Source: an uncultured Methylomirabilota bacterium
Lineage (GTDB): Bacteria > Methylomirabilota > Methylomirabilia > Methylomirabilales > 2-02-FULL-66-22
NCBI GenBank assembly: GCA_963845565.1
Contig: CAWJSJ010000001.1
Location: forward strand, 832,001-896,000
Direction: 5' to 3'
Length of the DNA stretch: 64,000 nucleotides
Below, one piece after another: positions 49,676 through 58,859 of this stretch (the first letter of the stretch is position 1; each line of letters opens with the position of its first letter). A program made the translations under genes and the position numbers. The notes under the pieces were generated by a model. The model made no database searches and was not told the DNA's origin. It saw only the letters and a program-made list of their open reading frames with translations.

Positions 49676-50356
49676 TCAGCGCGTCACGATCCGGATCTCG
49701 ACCCGGCGATTGCGGGGCTCGCCGCGGGTGGCATCGTTCGGGAACAACGGCTTGTGCTCTCCGAGGCCGCGAGCCGCCAGCCGGAGCGGCGACAAGCCGT
49801 GGGCCTCCACCAGGAACCGGACTACCGCGGTCGCCCGTGCCACCGACAGTTCCCAGTTCGAGGGGAACTGCGCCGACCGTATGGGCAGCGTGTCCGTATG
49901 CCCCTCTGCCTCGATCGGATTCGACAGGCCGGCGACCACCCCCCCCACCTTGTCCAGCAGTCGCCGCGCCTCGCCGCGAAGCTCGGCCTTTCCCCGCTCG
50001 AAGAGGATCGCATCCTGGAACCGCAGGATGATCCCGTCGGATGCCCGTTCGATTTGCACGCGCCCGGCCTGGAGGTCCTCGCCCAAGCGCTCTCGCAGTT
50101 GTTGTACGACCTCGAACACCAGGTCGGGCTTGGGGAGCAGTCTCTCCCCGCCGTTTCCCTTCGCCGAGATCGGGAGCGGCGCCGAGGGGGTGTTGAACGC
50201 GCCGCGCAGGGAAACCGCCAAGGATTCATACTTCTTCAGGTCGACCTTCGAGATGGCATACAAGATCACGAAGAAAGCCAGGAGTAGGGTGATCATGTCG
50301 GCATACGTCAAGAGCCAACGTAGGTTTCCTCCGGAATTGTGACCACCTCCGCTCAT
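49676..50356 (-). CDS. motB: Flagellar stator MotB
   Basis: WLLTYADMITLLLAFFVILYAIS, EGHTD, NWELSVARA, RNRRVEI. Confidence 0.97.
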   Translation of the reverse strand: MSGGGHNSGGNLRWLLTYADMITLLLAFFVILYAISKVDLKKYESLAVSLRGAFNTPSAPLPISAKGNGGERLLPKPDLVFEVVQQLRERLGEDLQAGRVQIERASDGIILRFQDAILFERGKAELRGEARRLLDKVGGVVAGLSNPIEAEGHTDTLPIRSAQFPSNWELSVARATAVVRFLVEAHGLSPLRLAARGLGEHKPLFPNDATRGEPRNRRVEIRIVTR

Positions 50357-50408
50357 GTCGCTCCTTCCGCCGCACCGCGTTCCGCCCAGGACCGGTCGTC
50401 CCTGCGCA

Positions 50409-51230
50409 TCACGCTCGACCACTGCGTCCCGTTTCAACCGTCGTTCCGACCCGCGTGCGATCGTCCAGCGGGACCGGATAGTAGGCATTGAGACGGAGTT
50501 CTAGAATATGGGGATTATGCCCGGCCTGGATTCCCAGAATTCCTTCCAGGACCATTTCCCGCCGAAACGCCTCCTCGGCACTCTTGGCCTGAAGGTTTCC
50601 CGCCAGCGGGAGAAACAGCACGTTGGCGCTGAAGATTCCGTAGAGCGTGGCAATGAACGCGATGGCGATCCCCTCGCCGAGTCCTTCCGTTCCGCCCTCC
50701 CCAAGTTTCGCCAACACGTGCACCAGCCCCAGTACCGTCCCGATGATGCCCATGGTGGGTGCGTATCCGCCCATGCTCTCCAGAAGCGAGATTCCGCGCT
50801 GGTGGCGCCGCTGCATGGCCGCGATCTCGGCGCGCAGGATGTCTCGCACGCTCGCTTCGTCCGCGCCGTCCACGACGAGCCGGAGGCCGCGGCCCAGGAA
50901 GGGGTCGGCTGTCCCGTCGTTCGCGATCTCCTCCAACGCAAGGATGCCGTCCTTGCGCGCCCGCCGCGACGCGTCGATCAGCGCCTGAATCAGCACCTGG
51001 GAGTCGGTGCCGACCCAGCCCCACAATGCCTTGCGTACCAGCATCGGGAGCCGCATCACGTCGCGGACAGTGGTGCTGACCATGGCCGCACCAAGTGTGC
51101 CGCCGCCGATGATGAGGAACGCCGAGAGGTTGGCGAACGCGAGCACGCTCCCGCCTTCGATCAGGACCGACCCGATGATGCCCGCCAGTCCCAACGCCAA
51201 CCCGATCGGAATTCCGAGATCGATGCGCAT
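50409..51230 (-). CDS. motA: Flagellar stator MotA
   Basis: AFLIIGGGT, RKDGILALE, GGYAPTMGIIGTVLGL, AFIATLYGI. Confidence 0.97.
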   Translation of the reverse strand: MRIDLGIPIGLALGLAGIIGSVLIEGGSVLAFANLSAFLIIGGGTLGAAMVSTTVRDVMRLPMLVRKALWGWVGTDSQVLIQALIDASRRARKDGILALEEIANDGTADPFLGRGLRLVVDGADEASVRDILRAEIAAMQRRHQRGISLLESMGGYAPTMGIIGTVLGLVHVLAKLGEGGTEGLGEGIAIAFIATLYGIFSANVLFLPLAGNLQAKSAEEAFRREMVLEGILGIQAGHNPHILELRLNAYYPVPLDDRTRVGTTVETGRSGRA

Positions 51231-51316
51231 GGTAGCAGCTTTCAGCGTTCAGTATTCAGCCCTCAGCAGGAAGCGTCGTAGCAGCGCGCTGACGGCTGAC
51301 TATCCGCTTGCCTTGC

Positions 51317-52603
51317 CTAGTCGAACCGCGTCCCCCACCGCTCGAAGGTGCTCCGCTCGTCCACCATGCGTACCCCGTAGAAACGGACCCCCTTGTTGAT
51401 CATCGCCTTGCGGAACTCCTCCTGGAGGGCGGGGGTCAGGTTGATGACGTGGAGGACGCCGTCGGAGTGATTTTTCACCAGCTCCGAGTACACATCCGAG
51501 AGCACCTCGAACAGGTTATAGTTGGCCGCGGCGAGCCCCTGGGCGTCGATGATCAGCTCCTGCTTCCGCTCGCGCACGAGCGCCATGAGCTGTTTGCGGA
51601 GCTCCAGGGCCTGGGTCGGGTCGATCCGTCCGGTCCAGGTCGAGAACCCCACCGACTCCAGCGAGGTCACCAGGAGCGGCCGCTTCGCGCACTTTTGGTA
51701 CTCTTTCCCCTCGATCGCGATCCAACCCCCCTGGAACGGACCGTAGACGCATGGGCCCTGTTTCAGGCAGTAATACCCGTTCCGGTACGCCTTGGCGAAC
51801 ATGCACTTGTTGGTGAGCTCTTCCACCTTGCCCTGCTGGTCGAGCTTCGCCCGCTCCCGAAGGTCCACCGCGTCCTTGATGCACCGCTCCATCTCCTCTC
51901 GGGAGGCCTCGATGGGGATGCATCCCGCCGCTCCCTGGCTGAAGAGCAGTTCGCTGGCCGCATCCAGGGCCGCCTCGTCGCTCACCAGGAGGAAGCTGTT
52001 CACCTCCCGCCCCAGGTGCTGGTAGGCTTGCAGCAGAGCCGCCGTCTCTGGGACCCCGGCTTCGGCCAGGACCGCCTTGGGGCGCTGTTCCCCCACTGCT
52101 TCCAGGAAGCTGGTTTCTTCGGATTCACAGGTGCACGTCTGGAAGCGGGCCAGGCGGTCCGCCAGGCGGGTCTGGAGGTCCTGCCCCACGACCAACACGC
52201 GGCCGTCTATGAGGGATTCCGCATCTTCTCCCAGATACGCCCGCAGGCGGGAGTCGACTTCCATCAGGTTCAACGGTTTCCGGAAATAGGCCACGGCGCC
52301 GTGCTGCTTGGCGTCGATCACGGTCTCCAGAGTGGGGTACCCCGTGATGAGGAAGATCCCCAGCGCCGGATTGACGCGATGCGCCTGCTGCAAGAATTCG
52401 ATCCCGCTGACCTCAGGCATGCGGATGTCCGAGAGCACCACCTGGTACCCCTGCGGGAGCTTTTCCAGCGCCTCGGGAACGTTGGCCGCGGTGTCCACCG
52501 CGTAACCCAGACTTCCGAAGTACTGCGCCAACGTGCTCCGGATCTCGTCCTCGTCGTCCAGGATCAGCAGCCGTCTGCCGTTTGCCTTTGCCGTGTCTGT
52601 CAT
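51317..52603 (-). CDS. Response regulator with unusual output: REC, degenerate REC, 4-Cys motif and STAS-like C-terminus
   Basis: REC (LILDDE, LSDIRMP, YFRKP); second REC-like unit (RVLVVG..VLAEAG..FLLVSD..GAAGCIP); C-x11-C-x5-C-x19-C; WTGRID..LIIDAQGL..GVLHVINLTP. Confidence 0.75.
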   Translation of the reverse strand: MTDTAKANGRRLLILDDEDEIRSTLAQYFGSLGYAVDTAANVPEALEKLPQGYQVVLSDIRMPEVSGIEFLQQAHRVNPALGIFLITGYPTLETVIDAKQHGAVAYFRKPLNLMEVDSRLRAYLGEDAESLIDGRVLVVGQDLQTRLADRLARFQTCTCESEETSFLEAVGEQRPKAVLAEAGVPETAALLQAYQHLGREVNSFLLVSDEAALDAASELLFSQGAAGCIPIEASREEMERCIKDAVDLRERAKLDQQGKVEELTNKCMFAKAYRNGYYCLKQGPCVYGPFQGGWIAIEGKEYQKCAKRPLLVTSLESVGFSTWTGRIDPTQALELRKQLMALVRERKQELIIDAQGLAAANYNLFEVLSDVYSELVKNHSDGVLHVINLTPALQEEFRKAMINKGVRFYGVRMVDERSTFERWGTRFD

Positions 52604-52750
52604 GCCATCTCCACTTAGGAGTCGGTACGAAATCACATGCCAATGCGTTGGAATTTCGTTCCGGCTCCGTTTGCCGTTTCCGGAGTCTCCCCGGTCAAGT
52701 TGTGCATTGAAAGCGGCTCAGTGACCGTGTCGAAGGCGCACAGCTTCACC

Positions 52751-54784
52751 CTATTCCCGTATCGGGCTAAATGCTCGCAAGAGAATCACCACACGCGTCC
52801 CGGCCTGACTTTCACTCTCCACGCGCATCCGGCCTCCGTGCTCGAGTACGATATCGCGGCAGATCTTCAAGCCGATTCCCATACCGCGCTTGGTTGTCCT
52901 GGTGGTGAAGAAGGGGTCGAAGACCCGCGCGACCTCCCCGGACGGGATGCCCGGCCCGTCGTCCTCAACGGTCACTTCGATCCACGGCGCCGCCGACGGC
53001 TCGCCCTCGGGCAGCACCCGACGCGTTGCGATCCGCACTCGTCCCCCGTCCGCCATGGCTTCGCGGGCGTTCGTGACCAACTCGAGCATCACCTGCTCCC
53101 AAGCGGGCCGGTCCAGGTCGACCATGGGAAGCGCCGCCTCCAAATCCGTAACCACGCTCAGGCGCCGGCACAGGGGGTGGTACTGCAGGAGCACCAATAT
53201 CCGGCGCATCGCCTCGTTCAAATCGGTCGGCTGCCGCTCCCCGGGCTGGACCCGGGCGTATTCCAACAAAGCCTCGATGCTCCCGGCGATTCGCCGCACG
53301 CTGGTCTCGATGGAGCCCAGCGCCTCTTCCAGCTCGACCGGGGTCTCGCTTTTGCGTAGCCGGAGAAGCTGCAGGTGATTGCTGATAATGCACAGCGGAT
53401 TGTTGATATCGTGCGCCACGCCCCCGGCCAGAAGACCGACCGATGCGAGATGTGCGGACTGGACCAAGCGCGCGAGCGCCTGCTGTTGTTGCTCCATCCG
53501 CCCTTGAACGTCCGCGAAGAGGCGCGCATTCTCGACGGCGCTCGCCCCCTGCGCCGCCAGACCTGTCAGCAGTGCGATCTCCTCGACGCTGAATTCGCGT
53601 TCCGTGTCGGTCATGATACCGAGCACGCCGAGCACCTGATCGCGGGCCACCAGCGGGACCCCCACAAAGGATGCTGCCCGGTTCCCGCGCATCAGCGGGC
53701 AGTCCGCCGCACGTGCGTCCGTCGCCACCTGAAAGATTGCCAGGGGCGCCCGCTGCCGGACCACCAGCCCAAGAGGACAGGCGTGCGCGGTGCTGCAGGC
53801 CGGTTCGGCACATGCGCCGTCCGGGAGCCCCGCACCATGCGCCATCGCGAATTGCCCGCTCCCTCCCAGCAACGAGATGGCCACCGTGGCCACCCCAAGA
53901 TGGCGACAGGTCGCGTCCACCAGGATGCGCAGCGCCGTGTCCTGCTCCAGTGTGGCGCTCACCGCGCTTGCAGTCTCGACCAGCAGTCCCAGGTCCGCGA
54001 GGCGTCGTGCCGCGGCCGCCTCGGCGGCCAGGCGACCCGTCTCGTGTTGGCGGCGGATGTCCTCGGCCAGCCACAGGTTGTCGATGCACTCCGCAGCCTG
54101 CCGGGCCACCACTGCCGCCAGCGTCAGGTGCTGCTGTTCCACGGCGCCTGCGGTGAGCGGCGTGCCGACCATCAGCATGCCCACGGTCCGTCGGGCGGTG
54201 GCCAGCGGAACCAGGATCAGGTGGGTCCCAAGGTGCGTCGCGGCGACGGTCGTCGGCCGCCGCAGTCCGACGGCCCAGCCAAACATGCCCGACGCCACCT
54301 GGGCAGCGAGTTCCTGCGCAGCAAGCGTCGAGATGACCGCCGGGTCGACCTTGACCGGACGAAACTCCTGGCCGGTGGAATCCACCAGTGCCAGCAGCAG
54401 GTTCTCCAATGGCAGGATCCCGCGCACCTCCTCGAACAACAGATCCGCGACCTCTCCAGCGCTGATGCTGCGATCGAGCCCCTCCGAGAAGCTCGAAAGC
54501 CGCGTGATCCGATCTATGGATTCCTGGATCGCCCGGTTCGCCTCCTCCAGGACGGAAACGCGTTGTCGAGCCGCGCGCAACTCCTCCGCGAACGCCGGTG
54601 ACAACATCGAGCCCACCTCCGGGGCGCGCAGCGCGCTTGAGGGAGCGCCCCCTCTCCGGCGGCCGCCTCGCTCGGGACCGGGCGGTGGCTGTCCGCCCGG
54701 CTGCCGATCGCAACCGACATCGGAGCGAGGTGGGCGCGACCCACCCTCGTCCCCGCTGACGTACGAACCGTGGACCTCAGGCAT
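52751..54784 (-). CDS. Cytoplasmic GAF-GAF histidine kinase
   Basis: Two GAFs (ILVPLAT..GMLMV; FVGVPLV..LGVL), GVAHDINNPL, ELVTNAREAM, DDGPG, FDPFFTT, GMGIGL. Start may be 54607. Confidence 0.9.
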   Translation of the reverse strand: MPEVHGSYVSGDEGGSRPPRSDVGCDRQPGGQPPPGPERGGRRRGGAPSSALRAPEVGSMLSPAFAEELRAARQRVSVLEEANRAIQESIDRITRLSSFSEGLDRSISAGEVADLLFEEVRGILPLENLLLALVDSTGQEFRPVKVDPAVISTLAAQELAAQVASGMFGWAVGLRRPTTVAATHLGTHLILVPLATARRTVGMLMVGTPLTAGAVEQQHLTLAAVVARQAAECIDNLWLAEDIRRQHETGRLAAEAAAARRLADLGLLVETASAVSATLEQDTALRILVDATCRHLGVATVAISLLGGSGQFAMAHGAGLPDGACAEPACSTAHACPLGLVVRQRAPLAIFQVATDARAADCPLMRGNRAASFVGVPLVARDQVLGVLGIMTDTEREFSVEEIALLTGLAAQGASAVENARLFADVQGRMEQQQQALARLVQSAHLASVGLLAGGVAHDINNPLCIISNHLQLLRLRKSETPVELEEALGSIETSVRRIAGSIEALLEYARVQPGERQPTDLNEAMRRILVLLQYHPLCRRLSVVTDLEAALPMVDLDRPAWEQVMLELVTNAREAMADGGRVRIATRRVLPEGEPSAAPWIEVTVEDDGPGIPSGEVARVFDPFFTTRTTKRGMGIGLKICRDIVLEHGGRMRVESESQAGTRVVILLRAFSPIRE

Positions 54785-55667
54785 GGATCGCGCTCTCGGC
54801 GCGTCGGGGTCGGTTGTCCAAAGAACTCAATAGGATCGCCCGCGCGTCCGCGTACTGCTCCTCGAGTTCGATCATGAGCGGTTCAAGAATCGTGGTCTGC
54901 AGGCCCAGTCGCCGCCAGGTTTCCGGTTCGAGCATGGGGACGGCGTCGTCACCGCCCGATCCGAGTCCCAGGGCCCGCGTCAATGCCTCCGCCACGTGCA
55001 CCAGGGCGGCCTCGCGCTTCCCAACTTGCGCCAGGTCCGGCCGGTGATGGCAGCCGATCGCCTCGCTCAGCCGGACGGGAAGCTTCCACCGCTCCGCCAA
55101 GAGCCGCCCCACCTGGTCGTGGGTGAACCCTAACAACCGCTGCTCGGCGGTCCGGATGGGGATGTCCTCCCGGCGGGACGTCTCCAGGACCGCGAGGAAC
55201 TCCTTGGTGAGAAAGTGAAACAGCACCAACTTCCCCACATCGTGAAGCAGGCCGGCCACGAACACCTCTTCCCGATCCTCATGGCGTGTGTAGCGGGCGA
55301 GCAAACCGGCCCCCACCGCAGCCCCCACCGAATGCTCCCACAAACCGGTGGGGGAGAAGTCCGGCGTCTCCTCGCCGACCAGCAGATCCACGACCGACGC
55401 CGTGAGCAGCAGACTCCGCACCGGGGCAAACCCGAGAATGGTGACTGCCTCGGTCACGGTGGCGATCCGGCGCGGAAACCCGTAAAAAGGGGAGTTGACC
55501 AGGCGCAGAAGTCGCGCGGTCAACGACTGGTCCTCCAGGATCGTCCGCGCCAGGTCAAGCGCCGAGGTTTTCGGGTTGCCCACCTGCTCGTTGACCCGCA
55601 CGATGACCGACGGAAGCGTGGGGAGCGAACCGATCTGCTGGACGAGATGATCCAGTTTCATCGCCAT
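54777..55667 (-). CDS. HDOD domain protein
   Basis: LPTLP, DQSLTARLLRLVNSPFYG, LWEHS, AGLLHDVGK, LAERWKLP. Confidence 0.94.
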   Translation of the reverse strand: MAMKLDHLVQQIGSLPTLPSVIVRVNEQVGNPKTSALDLARTILEDQSLTARLLRLVNSPFYGFPRRIATVTEAVTILGFAPVRSLLLTASVVDLLVGEETPDFSPTGLWEHSVGAAVGAGLLARYTRHEDREEVFVAGLLHDVGKLVLFHFLTKEFLAVLETSRREDIPIRTAEQRLLGFTHDQVGRLLAERWKLPVRLSEAIGCHHRPDLAQVGKREAALVHVAEALTRALGLGSGGDDAVPMLEPETWRRLGLQTTILEPLMIELEEQYADARAILLSSLDNRPRRAESAIHA

Positions 55668-55676
55668 CGGACCCCC

Positions 55677-56048
55677 CTATCGCGCCGGCGCAACGGGAGA
55701 CGCGGTGCGTTGCGCCACCAGCCGGGCCGTGAGCCTGCGCGCCGTGATCACCTTCAACTCAGCCATGACCGGATCCTTGGCCGTATCCACGCGGCGAAAC
55801 CGTCTCGCGATCTGCCGCTCGACGGCGGCCAGGATTTCCGGCGGTGGGCTCGCCTGCCCGCCCCCCACAGGATCGGAACCGTCCTCCCGGACCACCTCCG
55901 CCTCGCGCACCCCCCAGGTCTTGAAGATCTCCAGATGCTTGGCCGTCAGAATCTCACCCTCCCGTAGGAGCAGGACGCCGTTGAGATTGCGGACGGGCTT
56001 GCACAGCTTCATGCCTGCCGTCAGTGCTTCAAGCTGCATACGCGCCAT
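55677..56048 (-). CDS. Small hypothetical protein resembling the N-terminal module of HD-GYP-type proteins
   Basis: LTAGMKLCKPVRNLNGVLLLREGEILTAKHLEIFKTWGV, then IARRF..DPVMAELK; good RBS; directly upstream of HDOD. Confidence 0.75.
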   Translation of the reverse strand: MARMQLEALTAGMKLCKPVRNLNGVLLLREGEILTAKHLEIFKTWGVREAEVVREDGSDPVGGGQASPPPEILAAVERQIARRFRRVDTAKDPVMAELKVITARRLTARLVAQRTASPVAPAR

Positions 56049-56118
56049 GGATGGTATCCTTCCTTTCCGTACTCGCCGCGCCCCGCCACTACCCACGTAC
56101 CCCGTCTCGTCACTCCTT

Positions 56119-56145
56119 CTATCGGCAGAATGCGCGGCCGGCTGA
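56119..56145 (-). promoter_or_regulatory. Putative sigma28 promoter for the HDOD/kinase/motAB/cheZ region
   Basis: Minus strand TCAG-N15-GCCGATAG in the gap between cheB and the small ORF. Confidence 0.65.
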
Positions 56146-56183
56146 ACCAGGTGGCGCCGCTCGGCCCGTCCCCGGGCAGGACG

Positions 56184-57293
<1,110 letters not shown>

Positions 57294-57860
57294 TCAGTCG
57301 TCGAACAGGGTGATCTCCCCGCCATGCTGCAGGGCGGTGTGTGCGTCTCGCTGGTGCTGTCGCTCGGTCGCGGTGGCGGTCTGGAAGAGGCCACTCCCCG
57401 GCAAGCGCCGCACGAAGGCCTTACCGCTATCGGTATGGAAGATCACTTGGCGGGCCAGCGTGCCCCCCAGATCCTCGGCCGCCACGGGGATGCGCTCCGA
57501 CGCCATGAACCCTTTGATGAACCGGATGTTCTGGGCAGGCACACTGGCAGCCGTCTCGGCCATCTGCAGCACGTGGCCTCCACCGAACATTTTCGCCTGC
57601 AGCCGGCGCCGGTCTCCCCCGAGTTTCTGGACTTGCCCGATCAGGAGCTCCATGGCATGCACCCCGAACCGGGAGAGCATTCCGGCGTCGCCGCCGTTCG
57701 TCGGCGCGGGCAGCATGAAATGATTCATGCCGCCGACCCCCGCCTCGAGGTCCCAGACGCAGGCCGCGATGCAGGAGCCGAGCAACGTCTTGACCACCGC
57801 CCCTTCTCGACTGGCATACACACCGCCGATTTGGATAACCACGCTGTGTTGATCGCTCAC
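57294..57860 (-). CDS. cheD: Chemoreceptor deamidase CheD
   Basis: TLLGSCIAAC, GGMNHFMLP, AKMFGG, EDLGG. Confidence 0.96.
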   Translation of the reverse strand: MSDQHSVVIQIGGVYASREGAVVKTLLGSCIAACVWDLEAGVGGMNHFMLPAPTNGGDAGMLSRFGVHAMELLIGQVQKLGGDRRRLQAKMFGGGHVLQMAETAASVPAQNIRFIKGFMASERIPVAAEDLGGTLARQVIFHTDSGKAFVRRLPGSGLFQTATATERQHQRDAHTALQHGGEITLFDD

Positions 57861-58768
57861 GCGCCCTCTCCCGCTGCCTGCCGTTGCACCGCATGCTCTC
57901 CTGCGATCTTGCGATACACCGTGTTGCGCAAGAAACTGAACCGATCGCAGATCCCATGAAGGGATTCCGAGTGTCCCAGAAACAGATATCCGTCATCCCG
58001 CACGAAATCCGCGAACCGATACATCAGCCGACTCTGTGTTGGCTTGTCGAAATAGATGATCACGTTCCGGCAGAAGACGCAGTCGAAGGTCGTACGGATG
58101 GGCCACGGCTCTTCCAGCAGGTTGATCCGCCGGAAGGTTACCAGCGGATGGATCGCGCGTCCCACCTTGACCTGGCCCGCCTGCACGCCCGAGCCCTTCA
58201 GAAAATACCGGTGGAGGAGGGGGAGGGGAATCTCCGCCGCACGCTCCGCCGAGTAGACGCCGGCGCTTCCCTGCGCCAGCACGTTGGTATCGATGTCGGA
58301 CGCCAGAATCCGCACATCCCAGGTGAGCAGGCTGCCTAGGGCCTCGCACAGGGTGAGCGCAATGGTGTACGCCTCCTCGCCCGTCGAGCAGCCGGCACTC
58401 CAGATCCGGACCCGCCGTTCGCCGGTCTGGAGGGCGCGCCGCTTCAGGGCGGGCACCACCTCCCGAGTGAGGAACTCGAAATGCGCCCGCTCCCGGAAGA
58501 ACTCCGTCTTGTTGGTGGTAATGGCGTTCACGAAGTTTTCGAGTTCGCCGCTCCCGGCGCCGCCGGTGACATGTTCGTAGTACTGGCGGAAGGTGGCGAA
58601 CCCCAGTATGCGGAGCCGCTTTCCCAGGCGCGCCACCACCAGGCTTCGCTTGTGGTCGGACAGGGCAATGCCTGTCCGGTCCTTCACCAAGCCCTGAATC
58701 GAGTGGAACTCCTGATCCGAGATCGAGAACTCCGCCTCCTCTGTCGCCACGCGGATCGCCGTCATCAT
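57857..58768 (-). CDS. cheR: Chemotaxis methyltransferase CheR
   Basis: TTNKTEFFRE, IWSAGCSTGEE, ASDID, FCRNVIIYF, LFLGHSE. Confidence 0.97.
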   Translation of the reverse strand: MMTAIRVATEEAEFSISDQEFHSIQGLVKDRTGIALSDHKRSLVVARLGKRLRILGFATFRQYYEHVTGGAGSGELENFVNAITTNKTEFFRERAHFEFLTREVVPALKRRALQTGERRVRIWSAGCSTGEEAYTIALTLCEALGSLLTWDVRILASDIDTNVLAQGSAGVYSAERAAEIPLPLLHRYFLKGSGVQAGQVKVGRAIHPLVTFRRINLLEEPWPIRTTFDCVFCRNVIIYFDKPTQSRLMYRFADFVRDDGYLFLGHSESLHGICDRFSFLRNTVYRKIAGEHAVQRQAAGEGA

Positions 58769-58859
58769 GAGGGTCTCCACCTGTTCCTGCGGCTCCGTTC
58801 GGGCCGTGCGGGGCCCCGTCGTACACCGAAACACCTAGCCCGACACGCCGTGCGACGGT

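Noticed and set aside
50250..50325. Inferring H+ versus Na+ coupling from the MotB TM motif
   Set aside because: The diagnostic position is Ile (FFVILY), neither the typical Val nor Leu, so it cannot be assigned.
52627..52642. Sigma54-like TGGCAT-GTGAT-TTCGT upstream of the REC/4Cys/STAS gene
   Set aside because: The -24 box is good, but the -12 element reads TTCG instead of TTGC, so it was not called. Worth rechecking with TSS data.
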